In this document: piece after piece, positions 12,161-24,500 of the stretch
Numbering within the stretch: the first letter of the stretch is position 1
Layout: every line of letters begins with the position of its first letter
Sequence record: LR535904.1
Reading direction: 5' to 3' (one strand)
DNA length: 64,000 bases
The notes under the pieces: model-generated
Told to the model about the DNA's origin: nothing
The model's input: the letters and a program-made list of their open reading frames with translations, nothing else
Databases searched by the model: none
Translations under genes and position numbers: made by a program

Positions 12161-12700
12161 TGCAATGATTCGTGGCCGTAAGGTCCCAATCATTTCCCTT
12201 ATGCATATGGGGCTGTAAATCGGTGACCGTATTCCGGCCTGTGAGTTATTCGAAACTAACGCACAAATGTACGAACCGTACGACCACGTATTAGTGAATA
12301 ACTTCTGGGGCGACCAAATTGAAGTCTTACAACTCTCTACAGGTTGGTACGCCGCAGCCACTTATTGCAACACCCCTGAAGGTCGTGAAGACAACACCGT
12401 TGCCCCACAGCTACGTCCGTACTATCGGATGCTTCATGCGGGTTATGAAGTATACCGCAAAGCAGAAGCAACCGTATTGATTAACAGCATCCACAGCGAA
12501 TGGTTAGATGCTACGTTGAATTCTACTGGTTGGAAGTTGAAGTTGTTAGGCGAGTTAACCCTCAATCGCACCGACTGGCCTACCCGTTCTTCTTTCTTTA
12601 CTCAGATGAACGTTAACCCTGAACGTACCCGTGCCATTCTCCTTTTTAATCGACTATTACTCGTAAGGATTAAGCAAATGAACATGAACATTCTCGACGA
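12161..12700 (+). CDS. Hypothetical protein, 166 aa
   Basis: Reordered: AAGGA RBS, ATG at 12678, MNMNILDDTRSSFFTQMNV...LMHMGL*. Confidence 0.6.
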
Positions 12701-12760
12701 AGATGACGACCCATCTCACTTTGGCCCTGCGGTGATTTCCCCAACACTTAGCCGCAGGGT

Positions 12761-13180
12761 GCGTGGTTCAGTAGCGCTCGACCAGTAACCGAAAAGTTTT
12801 CAGACAGATGTTATAACGTGGCTCGCTTACAATACGAAAACCAAACAACGCCTCCTGGTTATTGAACAGCAAGGGGTGGTAAAGGCACAAGAGATTGTGC
12901 CAGTAGAGACAATAACGTGCGACCCGACGCTTCGCGCGTCCCTGGTCCACGCAAAGGGCGAGGAAACTTGTCCGGCTGGTTACTACTTCTTGTTGAACTC
13001 CGAAGTCTGTACTGGCGACGATGGCAGATGTGAAGAAGTCAGCCGTCACGACGAGTATATTACAACCAGCGTAGAAGATTTACTGCCAGGCACACTGTAT
13101 CAGTACAACCCGCCCTCATTCAACATGCGTGGACTTATGGGTATTATCGCGGCGGTGTTCTTGACCGCTTCTGCTTCAGC
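12761..13180 (+). CDS. Secreted 4-Cys protein P1, 127 aa
   Basis: Reordered: MRGLMGIIAAVFLTASASA signal peptide; FEVCTGDDGRC..ETCPAGYYFLLN..ITC. Confidence 0.65.
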
Positions 13181-13600
13181 TACGACCCTACGATTAAGAA
13201 AAACGTGGGCATCAATAAACTCGACTTTTAAGTAAGGAAAGGTGAAGCCGTTGCTGAGTTTACTCGCGACCCAGGTGATAATGCCCTGACGGTTATCATG
13301 ATTAACATGGCAACAGGTCAGGCCGAATCCATGAACTACAATGATAACCAAGCCTGTAGCCGTTACCTGTTAGTGAAAACGATGGGCGGTGTCGCATGTG
13401 GCGACCCTGAATACGGGGTTTGCCAGAACTCTGACGTACAAGGCGGTAGCTGTCAGATCGTTGCGATGTCCGATAACAACGCTGGAAGTATCGAGTTACC
13501 AAAAGTTGTTAACGATCACGAATACGGCGGGCCGTTCTGGATGAAACATTTTTTATTACCAGTTTTACTTGCTACTCTGGCCATTAGCTTCTTCGCTCGC
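13181..13600 (+). CDS. Secreted 4-Cys protein P2, 136 aa
   Basis: Reordered: MKHFLLPVLLATLAISFFARA signal peptide; PFWCQNSDVQGGSC..VACGDPEYGVIN..QAC. Confidence 0.65.
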
Positions 13601-14140
13601 GTATGGAAACCATCAAAACAATCGACTATTCAGAATAACTCAAAAAATTGAGGTACTATTGGGCCGGTTTTGTACAGCGACCGGATACCAAAACTCTGGC
13701 CTCCATCGCTATGTACTACGTATGGCTTATCCCTAATCGTGATGAACTATCAGTGGAGAAAATTTGCAGCAAAGATTTCAGCGATAAAGATTGCCCAGGT
13801 GGTTGGTGGGGTGCAGTCGACCGTCACAATGGTGACGCGTAACAGTGTCGTGTAGTTGACATATCCTTCAACGGTCGTGTCGCTATCGTACACCGTCCTG
13901 CCCGCACCATCAATCTTAATGATAAGCCGTTCTGGTGCAATGCGCGTAAGCTGCTTAAGACACGCGCTGACGAATTCAGCGGGTTCCAGGGCAGTATTAA
14001 CGGCAGCATTCCAGCATATAAAGTGGTGCTTTTTACTGTGCTGTTGATGGCAGTTGTTGTTGGGCTACGGATTTCTAAGGCACCCTCAATCGTGGAGATA
14101 TCAAAAATGAAATGCAATAACGTTAATCGCCACTTGGCCA
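13601..14140 (+). CDS. Secreted 4-Cys protein P3, 163 aa
   Basis: Reordered: MKCNNVNRHLAKVVLFTVLLMAVVVGLRISKARA signal; PFWCNARKLLKKQC..KDCPGGWWGAVD..KIC. Confidence 0.65.
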
Positions 14141-14560
14141 GGAATTACCGAATTTGGTTGCTGTGAGCTTTTATCACAACGATGTGCTCGTCGGTCGCAT
14201 GCGGTTAATCGACATATCGTGCAATCAACCAAAAGTCACCTCGGTCAGTGTATCGCCACTGACGGACGGTAAGAACTGCACAGGGCTGGTTATCGCTGAT
14301 AAGAAATTGAAAATGTATCATGCGCCGAATGAAAAACCCGAACTGATGCGTGAGGTCGAACAGTTACAAATCTACAGACTTTATGCTTTCGATAAGCCAG
14401 ACGTGACTGAATACACATCAGCTGATTCGGATTATGGCATGACTATCAAGAAGTTCTTACAAGCAGTAGTAGTTCTGGCCGCATGTGGTATTGCAGCAAC
14501 AACTGGCTACCCTCGGGTAGCCTATTCTTTTTTAAACCAATCGACTATAGAGTAAAACAT
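14081..14560 (+). CDS. Secreted protein P4, 133 aa
   Basis: Reordered: the ATG itself spans a junction (AT at 14559-60 plus G at 14441); MTIKKFLQAVVVLAACGIAATYA signal; KNCTGLVIAD..ISC. Confidence 0.65.
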
Positions 14561-15220
14561 CTTCACATTGTAAAATATCTCAGATATATATTACCTAGGT
14601 GAGAGTTAAGAGATTAACTCTACGCCTGCAAATATGCAAATCGCTAAGCGCGCGTTGGGTTTTCGTATTCTTAACACAACAATCGAAGTGCTTCACAAGC
14701 TTTACGATTTATCGATCGTTCAAATCAAACTGGTGGACTTGAGACTAGGCGAGATACCAACGACGATAGAGCTGCACCAAAAAACAGATTGGCGACACAA
14801 GGAAGGCACTCCAACTATAAACGGTAAAGTCCACCATCGCTTACTTGGAGCACAGTTGCCCAAAACTTTTATGGAATACGCTAAGCGAAATAACTACATC
14901 GATGCGCGGCTGATGGTCACGGCGGGACACATCATTTACGAATACTTTCGCAGCATTCTATACGAGGAAAAGATAAACGTCGAAGTGGTCTCTGCGATTT
15001 TCATCGATAAGGTTATTCCGGACTCGGAAAGTGGTAAGGCTGGGTTAATAACTTCTGCGCAGCACGGGGACAAGGTCATTACAATGCATTCACGTGGGAA
15101 GTTAGAAGACCTGCACGTAATGCGTAGTCGTGGCTTGTTCCCAGTGGGGCTTGACGTAAGCTCAAATTAATTTGAGGTGTGGTATATGACAGAACGTATT
15201 TTACGACTGCAAGAGAACAG
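14561..15220 (+). CDS. Hypothetical protein, possibly GNAT-fold, 195 aa
   Basis: Reordered: GAGGTG RBS, ATG at 15186; C-terminal PANMQIAKRALGF resembles GNAT motif B. Weak call. Confidence 0.45.
14578..14602 (+). promoter_or_regulatory. Putative early promoter containing TATATTAC
   Basis: TCTCAGATATATATTACCTAGGTGA; TATATTAC at 14587-14594 is the phiKZ early-promoter consensus. Upstream of the P4-P1 run in true order. Confidence 0.55.
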
Positions 15221-15820
15221 GTGTAGTTTATCTCCAGTAACCACGAGGGTTACTGGAGTCCTCTTATTTTTTACACTTAACCGGTAACTGTTTATCACAC
15301 ATTTCACCCAGCGCGCATCACTTTCATCGAAACGTTGAGTGACCATCTGTTGCTGAGCGGATACGATGGCGCAATACACGCAGCCGAAGGCCCGCACACG
15401 AAAGAGTTTGACAAATTACCTCTGTGGGCATCGGTGGCGTATAACTGCAGTGGGATATATGAGCGTATCCAAGAGCGTCATCCTGAAAAGGGTTTAATGG
15501 AAATTTATCACCAACACCCTCATCAATACCAGACAGTGGCACAGAAGAAAGGGAGGCTGCTCACTGAAACGAATGAGTGGATCAACGATCCAACCGACCC
15601 ATTTGTCGACATGGGTAATTTCCGCGATATTCTTTCCCCGGTTAAAGCGAATCCCAGCTGGCTAATCAACCACGTTTCTTTGGAAATCACCAATCCGTTT
15701 GAAGCCAACCTGTCGCGTTCACAGGTTGTTTATAAAGACATCGATGTGCCTGCCGAAATCCTTTAAAGGAGCTTTATGATGAAACTCGAAGGCTACGTTG
15801 TTACTGATAAACCTTTTGCT
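15221..15820 (+). CDS. Hypothetical protein, weak UDG-superfamily-like C-terminus, 176 aa
   Basis: Reordered: AAGGAG RBS, MMKLEGYVVTDKPF...; HLLLSGYDGAIH..VTVYHTFHPAR resembles the terminal HP motif of UDG-like folds. Function uncertain. Confidence 0.45.
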
Positions 15821-16420
15821 GCCCATTTTACACTTCTTTGAAAGCCAAACCTGCCATCTTGTAGAAAGCTTAACATACCAAGTCGAGGCCGGATTAAAGC
15901 AGGACGTAATCGTTTATAATCTCGGCGGTGTGCCTATTGAAACAACGATTACTCTTTCCTCGTCAGAGAGTGAACTCGCAACCGAATCGTTTCTTAGCGA
16001 TAAAACCGTACCGACCGTTTTGCGTTTACAGGATGTGTCTGGTAGTAGCGACGACGGGGATGCGCGTAAAGTCCGTACACCGCTACTGGAGGTTACACTC
16101 CCGCCAGATATTCGTATCAGACTGAGCTGCATTTGCTGTGGCGTCAGTGAGCTTGATCCCAATCTATTCGCCAACTATCTCGATAAAGCCAAACAGATCA
16201 AGGGGATATTTGAACGCAAAACGACAAGCTTGTCGACCTTGGAAGGAGTTGAAAGTGATTTACCGGATAACCCCGACCAGCTGCTGGTGTTCCTTTATAG
16301 CCGTTTACTAGAAATTCGAAACGATATCTGGCAAGAGCACATCCGCAACGATCCGGAGTGCGAAGAACACGGTTTCCGTAACCACCGCGGTATTTACATT
16401 GCGTAAGGTGAATGTATGTT
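15761..16420 (+). CDS. Hypothetical protein, about 187 aa
   Basis: Reordered: ATG at 16416, MFRLLEIRNDIWQEHIRNDPEWEGVESDLP...; ends HFKGAL*. Confidence 0.6.
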
Positions 16421-16960
16421 GGAATTGCATCTGGTTTGCTACACCCCATCCGTTGAGCACACCTATGCGCGTTACCTTACACAGCAGAACGGCGGGATGG
16501 ATTGGCTAAACGTCATGTTACCGGGCCTAGCCGAAGGTCACGAAGACGACAGTAACCCAGCGCATATTGTTCAGCCACTAACGCTGTCGCAAGATACGTT
16601 CTTACCACGCACGGTACTAGTAGATGGTTCCCGCCCGGCTATTCTTCGTTTTACGAAAAGTGGACTGTTACGTCGTTATAAATCATCCTACGAACAGAAA
16701 GCGAAGGTGGTTGCTTTTGATAACGACGCCCGTCTAGTGATGTTGTATAACGTGATGGCTACCGTACTAGATACCGATATCGTGGTATTCCAACGCGAAG
16801 GTGTTCCGATGATGGTGTTCGTAAAACACGTCACCACCGACTATCGCGTGAAAGCCCCACGGGTAGTAGAAGGTTGCGAGAAATACAAAGAAGCAGACTT
16901 AACCATGCCACAACCAATTATTGAACAACATGAAATGAACTACGAAGAACTGACCCGCCG
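16361..16960 (+). CDS. Hypothetical protein, about 193 aa
   Basis: Reordered: ATG at 16905, MPQPIIEQHEMNYEELTRRYRVKAP...; ends NHRGIYIA*. Confidence 0.6.
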
Positions 16961-18280
16961 GTAATCTCGTCATCGGGGGTCTTGTACCCCCTTCTTATTT
17001 TTTAACCGTAAAGAGTATTTCTGGAAAGAAGTGACTAAGTACGGCCGTCAACTGTTGTTTGTCGCAGATTTGCGTTTACTTACCAGCGAACTGAAACAGT
17101 GGCATTACGACGCTATCATCAAATGGGGTGTTAACAATGGGCGCTCCGTTGCCGAACCTGCTTATTTGATGTCGGCGAAGGCGGTACGGGATGCGTGGGG
17201 GTCAGGAACGCTGCAGCGTGTGAACAGTTCCGTTGTTTCTCGCCTGCCAGATTCTGAAATGGCCTGGGTGTTTGACTGTCGACCGACAAATACAATATCG
17301 CCTGCGTTCTGGATACAGGTCCAATCGGAAATACTGTTAAGCATCTATAAGCGTAAGACCCCGGCCAGTGAAAATGACACAAAAGGCGATGTGGTTAATG
17401 AGAAGGTCGTCACCCTTCTTAACGTTTTCCGCGAAGTTATTGTTTGGTCAGTAATGCCGATAACAGAGCCAGGAAACCTTAAAGATTACTATAAGGTCGA
17501 GATGTTCTGGACATCTGATGAAAACGCTAACCATTATTTCGGTGAGATGTTAGACGCCGATGACGAAGACACCAAAGAAGCACTGCGTGATCTAGTCACC
17601 ATAGCCAATGATGGCAATACAAGCAAGCGCAGATTCTACACGAAAAACGCACCGCGTGAAGCAGCCAAACCTGTGGAAATGGTGCAGCAGTTCCCCGAAT
17701 TCACTGCGTACCAAATTACTACCGTATGGAATAGAGCGGTGTTTAATGAGAAATTACAAAACTTTAATTCAGAGCGACTCGATGTTGATGCGGAAGTGTT
17801 ACCTGACATGCCGGCACTAAGCGATAGCAACTGGTGGACTGGCGGAGAGCTGAATACAGGCACAATGTGGGTGCACTACATTCTTACTCTGCTGACCGGT
17901 AAACCGGTGTTCGAGTTAACTTCGCGGGTAGCTTACCTATCGGGTAATCAAAACATCGGACGCGCCATTGCTGAGGGTAAAGGCCACCACGTCTCTGACT
18001 TAGCGCCGTGGGTTGAGTTAACCATGACATTCGAAGGGGAAAAGCTCTCAACCGTTGTCGAAAAGCGGCTGCTTGACAAAGGGGAAGTAAAGTGCCGTTT
18101 CAGTATTCGGAGTATGGCTTACAGCGACGTAACGTGGCAGGATTGTGCGTACCTGCCACAGAAAGAAGCATTCTTTAATGCAGTAATTACTAACTCAATT
18201 GTACTGTTGGGAATGCAGTTTAGTGTACTTTAAAGGAAATACCAAATGTATAACGAATACGAATTAGTTTACCAGACACC
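16961..18280 (+). CDS. Hypothetical protein, about 412 aa
   Basis: Reordered: AAGGA RBS, MYNEYELVYQTPKEAFFNAVITNSIVLLG...; followed by a GGGGGT..ACCCCC hairpin and T tract. Confidence 0.7.
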
Positions 18281-18340
18281 TGTATAAACCCACAGTCGCT
18301 TAAACACCAACTGTTCTTTAGTAACAGTTTTTGGTCACTT

Positions 18341-18700
18341 CTGCGTCGTGCTGGTCGTATACTAAGTTTTTACAGATAGATGTCATCTTAGTGAGCATTG
18401 AGGGATGCGTTACCAGCGGTTAAGTAACGACTACGCATTACTGAATCTGGCTATCGATGAGGGGGTAGTGCAAAGCGCGGTATACGCCATGCCGACTGAA
18501 CAATTAAGTCAGTTTGAAAATCAAAGAATGCGCTTTTACAAAGTCGGGGAAGTAGACCAATTCTACGACGAACTGTTTACTGCCTTTACTGCGTTACAGA
18601 AAGCCAGTAACGGGAAGCTAGACAGCGTCTTTGCTAACAACAGTACCATGTCTTTATTTCAAACCATTAAAAGTGCATTAGAGCGTAATGATGCAGACAG
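18341..18700 (+). CDS. Hypothetical protein, 105 aa
   Basis: Reordered: GAGGAG RBS, ATG at 18648, MSLFQTIKSALERNDADSAFTALQ...CVVLVVY*. Confidence 0.6.
18369..18394 (+). promoter_or_regulatory. Putative phage early-promoter motif
   Basis: TTTACAGATAGATGTCATCTTAGTGA, upstream of the 412-aa gene in true order; similar to motifs at 5814 and 14578. Confidence 0.35.
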
Positions 18701-18880
18701 GATACCGACATCCTTTTTTGTTTTTGTAGTTGACCTTGACTTTTAACCTAACGAGGAGTGAGAGTACGGGGGTAAGGGGGTTTATGTATTGGATGCGAAC
18801 ATAAACGGAGGTATCCGTAGACCACCCTCCTCTCATACTACACTTTTTTACGTTTCGATCTCATCGTTTGACAATCGAGG

Positions 18881-19840
18881 TTTATCTTCCGCGACGATAC
18901 CTATCGAGAAGATGTGCAACCCTGACTTAGATTTATTCATTGTAGGATTAATAAAGTTAACTTCGATAGGGATGACTTTAACTCGAGTGGCACCACGAGG
19001 GTCAGTACCACTTAAACTGTTGTGTTGCTTCTCTACAGGTGTCTCTGTTGCATCGACAGCGTTGCTGTTGGACTTCATCCATTTTGCAGTGATGGCATTA
19101 CCTTGCTTTACAGTAAGGTTTTCACCGATACGCCAGATTCTTACGTAGTCTTCTTTTTTCACATCCGGAGGGTTAACCCGCCCATCTTCCAGTCGCTTAA
19201 CGTTACTATTGTTTAAATCTTCCCAGAAGTACATATCGGTGTAGGCGTTAGAGAGGTCATCGGCCATCTGGTTTACTGGGTCAGCAGACCAGGCGTATAC
19301 ACCGTTAGTCATACTGGTGCGTAAAGTAACGTGACCATCCATCGGGGAGATATTCAGTACATCTACTAACTGGAAAAACCCATCGCGCGTGTTCAATTGA
19401 AATAGATACGCGTTTTTCTCGGCGTTTTCAAACCCTAAGTCATCCTCTGGGGAGTTAAGGTAGAACTTACGCCCTTCGTCAATAGAACGTTTAGCATAAA
19501 TGAAAGCGTCCTCTTTATTGATATTAACCTTCGATCGGCATTTCGACGCTGTAGAGTTGCGAGTTTCGCACTTCTCGTTAATCGTTTTTGTCTCGAGATT
19601 GCCGGTAAATAGATTCGTTGGACAATCGGTCTTCCAGTCTTCAGTCGTCCATGCCATGTTGAACGTACCCTTACCTTCACCCTTGCCCTTATAGAGGAAG
19701 TCCTTGCCTACTTCCAGGTTATGGCCAGTATGCAAGTGAAGACTAAAGGTAATACCACCGATGATCGATTCACTAACCGTACAATATACAGCTCACACGT
19801 AATTAAATTAGTGCGGTGTGCTAGTGTCGTTGCCCGGACC
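18881..19840 (-). CDS. Baseplate central spike / puncturing protein (phiKZ gp164/gpV-like), about 310 aa
   Basis: Reordered: GGAGGG RBS, MNKSKSGLHIFSIGIVAEDKPRG..ITAKWMKSNSNRVNPPDV..; C-terminal SLHLHTGHGPGNDTSTPH* carries the HxH apex motif. Lies near sbcC, as I recall for phiKZ. Confidence 0.75.
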
Positions 19841-20020
19841 AAAGTGGCTAACTGTGTACAAGCGATTCGGGTTATCGTTACAGTTAGGAGGTTTATTGTC
19901 AGGCATATTAACTGCCCCGACTCGTAAATTAGTTGACAATAAACCGGCTTTTGTGCGAAATACTTATCTCCATTAACAAATGATAGCAGAAGAACCCTAT
20001 GTTCAACTACTTGTACTTCG

Positions 20021-20260
20021 GTGCCTGCTTCTACCAGACCAGAAACGTCGCTGCCTGCGGTGATTTCACGAATGCTCATTGCTTTTTTAGCCAGCGCTTC
20101 GGTAACTTCGGTAACGGTGCTCAGTCCAGAAACCTGAACAAACATTTTGTTGTTGCCGCCACAAGCGGTAACTTTGAATGCTACGCCGCCTTCAGCTTCA
20201 TACCTATATCTTTTTTGCCTGCAGGCCGATTACGCGTTTACGTAATAGATGGCGTTGCCG
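20021..20260 (-). CDS. DUF1471 (YdgH/BhsA/McbA-like) domain protein lacking a signal peptide, 69 aa
   Basis: Reordered: GGAG RBS, MSIREITAGSDVSGLVEAGTVQVSGLSTVTEVTEALAKKAEAEGGVAFKVTACGGNNKMFGNAIYYVNA*. Confidence 0.7.
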
Positions 20261-21580
20261 TGCATCGCTACAAAGCAAGAAAAAAATAAAAGGTAAACCC
20301 TACTCCCATTGGGAGTAGGGTAAACGACGCGCAGGCAATCGTCGGGCCTTTCGGGGCTTGGGGTAAGCCGTTTGTTGAAACATTCTTCGATCGGGAAAAC
20401 TTTTTGTTGGGGAACGCGCGTTGGTATAACCAGAATTTGGTTGGTAAATGTGTAGGGTACTGGCCGACCTGGGAAGAAGGGGAGTGGGTCTTCAATACCA
20501 ATTTAAAAGACCCGACTGACCCAGATGGGAAGAAGACGCTAGGTCCTATCTTTAACCGTAACCCGTATCTCGAAAAAGAGATTCACGGAATAAGCCACAA
20601 CGCTATCTGGGGCCGGTTCTACTCAGAAACGTTAAAAGCGTTGCTGACGCACGAATCCTCGTTTATCTTTACGATAGACAATTGGGACGCCATCGGTGTA
20701 GGTGATTTAAGTACGCCTACGTCCGTTCAACGTATTCGTATGCTGAGTCTGCCAAACCTTAGCGTGGCGAAGATTGTATTGGAAACCCGTCGCTATTACG
20801 TCATCGGGGGTATTCTGCATTGGTTGCCACCGCAGGGCTATTTCAGCGACCGTGCGATTAACTATTCTTCGTTAATGTTGACCTTACCCGATTCCATTAC
20901 AGGGAAAACCGTTGGGTTCGAAGTGAAGACTTACCCCATATCCGGTTTAACGATGAACAAACTCGATACTACGCGAGATTACATCGTGCGGAGAGCCAAC
21001 ACACCCGACATCGGCTGTCTAGTGATGGCGAATATTGGTAACGGTCAATGGGTACCGCACCAATCTGACCCAGTGGGTGTTCGCTTAACCGGCGCTGGTA
21101 TTGTAGTCTGCGACGATGAGTGGAAAGAGAAATACCGTACTGGGGTACTGTACAACATCATGTGCCCTCCTGGGTACCACTACACTCAGGACTTCAATCC
21201 TGATGATGCACACGACGTTGTCGAATTCGTTGAGGCACACTACCAGTCTATTAATGCAGATGTGCCCGTAGAAACGCACCATTGGTTAAACACCAAGTCA
21301 GGAATCGCAATTCCAACGCTTGGGAAGGGCCTACCGAAGCACACCTTCTATAGCCAGTATCACCTGGCTGATTTACAAAACCGTACGGACACGTTGCAAG
21401 ATACCCTTTGTGCTAACTACCACTTTTTCGAAGTAGGACTAGAAGCACTAGGTGCTGAATCTTTTGGCTTCTCTCGAGACACCCGAACTTGGGGAACCAT
21501 CGATGTCACGCAGCCCTTAAACCCGAATCCTTAGAGGAAACAGCCAGTGACTACTGCTTATCAAGTGCGGGCCGACAGCG
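20261..21580 (+). CDS. phiKZ-like virion structural protein, about 420 aa
   Basis: Reordered: GAGGA RBS, GTG at 21547, MTTAYQVRADSAFGFSRDTRTWGTIDV..DWLNTKSGIAIPTL..LCPPGYHYTQD; divergent from the fibre operon. Confidence 0.6.
20291..20320. terminator. Bidirectional intrinsic terminator
   Basis: CCCTACTCCC-att-GGGAGTAGGG; the stem extends (AGGTA/TACCT) and gains its T tract only when joined to block 20201. Confidence 0.75.
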
Positions 21581-24500
21581 GGTCAGGGACGACAGCCATT
21601 TTACACTCCTTTTCTCTGAGGGCGTCGAGTTCATACTATGTAGTACCGATCGGCGTTACCGCTTCACCGGTCTGCATATTCCCCGGTTCTTGATAGTGCG
21701 TCTTGACCACCAGGGATGTGGTATAAAAGGGGGCGTGTGCGGGGAACAGCATCCGGTACTCCGTAACGTACGCATGGGTGATGACGTAATCATCACCTAA
21801 TGTTAATTTCTTGCCGCCACGATATTTCGGGTTGGTAATCCACACGCCGCCGTGACAAACATGACCAGTGCGGGCCATGCTCATTTCTGCAGTGGCTTCA
21901 CCGATGCCAATTGCGTGGTAATCGAGTGTAAAGCCACTCTCGTTATCCCATTGGCAGTCAACGGGATAGCGATCTTTATTCGCTTCTCGTTCTGCGGCGA
22001 CACGCCAGTTTTCCCAGTCGAACTTAATATCGACCGGTGGGAAATATAAATCCCCAATGATGATCGCTTCACCGAGCTTAGCACCAACCGCAACAATGGC
22101 TTCCATCAACTCGGATTCGCGCGTGACACCGGCGCGATATTGAAGGTCTAACGTGTTACGAGCAATCGGGTCAACGCGACACGCGTTATACGTGTAGCCG
22201 CCAGTACCGTCGTACGTCGCATACTGCTCGGATGTGATAACCGCTAACGAATACGCATCGAATGTCGTATTCTGGTAAGATAACGAATAACGACGACGTG
22301 CGATCAACTCGCCTGGGTTCAACGTTGTTTCCGGTGGAATGCTCGGTAAACGGTATTTTAGTTGCTTCAACTGAAGACGCAGGATACTCGCCCCACCGTT
22401 TGCGTAACAGAGCATCCAATTATAGCTGTAATTGGACGAACCGGAACCAATCGCTGTCGTTAAAGTAAGATAAATCGCGCTGACCACGCTAAACTCAACC
22501 TCACCCGCCAACTCGGTATCGGTCAGGCCAGTCGTCAACGAGTTAACGGTTTGCTTGCTTGTTTTAACGGTGATGTCGTAAACGCCGTTACCTTCGCGTC
22601 CATCAGTTTTCTGATACCCTGGCGCAAATTCGCTCGGTGGGTTGTCAACGTTAAAGCTGTCGTTCTCACCTGCCCACCAGTTTAGGTTGACGCCCGATTT
22701 AAACTTCAACCATTTTGCGAACACGTCATTGTTAACGTCAGGTGCCGGTGCGCCTGGTAATGAACGAATCTGGACGTAATGTGCCGGTGCATCACGGTAC
22801 AGTTTATCGACAATCTGGTGATATTTTACCAGCAGCTGGTAAGCACGGATTGCGCCCCACGAATCGCGATGTGGGTTATCCTTGCGCGGCACGTGCGCAT
22901 GCTGCGGTTGCGTTTTTCCGTATACCAGTGTCGCGTCCGAAGCAATACCGTTATTCTCCAGTAAAAGCTTATTCGCCAGCGTTGACAGTTTCGGCAACAG
23001 ATTGTTAACGTAATCTGTCAAAGTCAGGCCAGGCTTCATACCGAACGTGCCGTTGATAGACTGTGCAGCCGCCGGTAAACCAACCGTGAATTGTGCACCC
23101 ACGCCTTCAGACTCATCGGTACCCACTGCCGACGTTATCGGGTTGTTCCCGGCGTTAACGGTTTGCGAATCGCGTCCAATAAAACGGATAACCCTCGGGT
23201 CCAATCCACGGGAATCCGGATAAAGGATGAGCTGGTTAGCCCCACTTTGCCATGTAATCGCGTTACCCGGCAAATACGGCCCGACCGTAGTAGGGTCCAA
23301 CAGTTTCTTACCGTTGAACTTACCGTTAATGGTTACAGTAGCTGTGGAAGTTCCGTAAAACAGTCCATCGCCACCTGACTCAAGGTCATCGGACTCCGGT
23401 GGAACAAAGGTACAAATAAACGGAACAGACTGAATACCGTTTGCGGCCAAGTCCTCACGATCGCCGAATTCAGTAGCCAACAAACGGACAGCCATCAGGC
23501 ATTTAACGGCAACCAACTTGCCCGTAAACTGCTGATCCAATTTCTTGATGAGTGCCGGCGAGCCAAAGTTAGTTTTATCGATGTAAATAGAACTCGTCAG
23601 TGGCATGTCGTTGATGTACGCAGCTTGTTGGAGCGGGGAAATCGGCAATTGTACATCTGGGACGTTCTGTACGTTCGATAGCTTAATCCCGAACGCAGCA
23701 GAAGTGTGTGTGTGACCGACGACTGCATACTTGTCCAGCTGAGTGGCATCGTCAACCGCGGTGCCGAACTGTACTAAACCGAACTCCGTCGTTGTTGCAC
23801 CCTTCTCTATCTCTGTGATGGCGTCCGCCTGTCGGATGACCTCACCACCGTCTAATGCCATGCCGGGTAAACCGTAACGAATAATGTTGATTGAAGCACC
23901 AGAGTCGACTGTCTTCGCGACGTTCGCTTTAATAGTAACCATCCAGTCGGTGTAAGTGATGCCGTTTTCAATGATATCTGATAGCTCCGCCAGGTTAAAT
24001 GTGGAGAGAGGTACTTTGTACTCGCGACCAACGAAATAATCAGCATCGCCCGCCGCGTCAACATACACGCCAAACTCAGCATCTTCGTGCGTCGCTGGGA
24101 CTATTTTGGTCATCGTCTCAGTTTCTGCCGTGTTTGGATTTTCGTAGATAATGTACTTGCAACGCGTCACGTTGCGGATTTCTACAAAAACCACACCGGT
24201 TTCACTGGTGATGATGGAACCCCGTCGAATATGGGCGTTATCATCCTCGATATGCTCGCCTAATTCACGAAACTCACCTACCGTGGACCACACAGGCCCG
24301 CCTGTACCGTAAGTAAATCCGAATTCAGCTTGCGTCATGCTATAGCTGCTAGCCTGCGCGTAACGCCAATCGGCATCTATACGTTTTGTACCCGGTGCAC
24401 TGGTTGTTTTAAACGTCCATTTATCAGCAGCCGGATCGTAGTCCGCTTTCAACATAGGCGCGTTATTCTGGAACATCGGGAATGTGTTGTGGACAAAACG

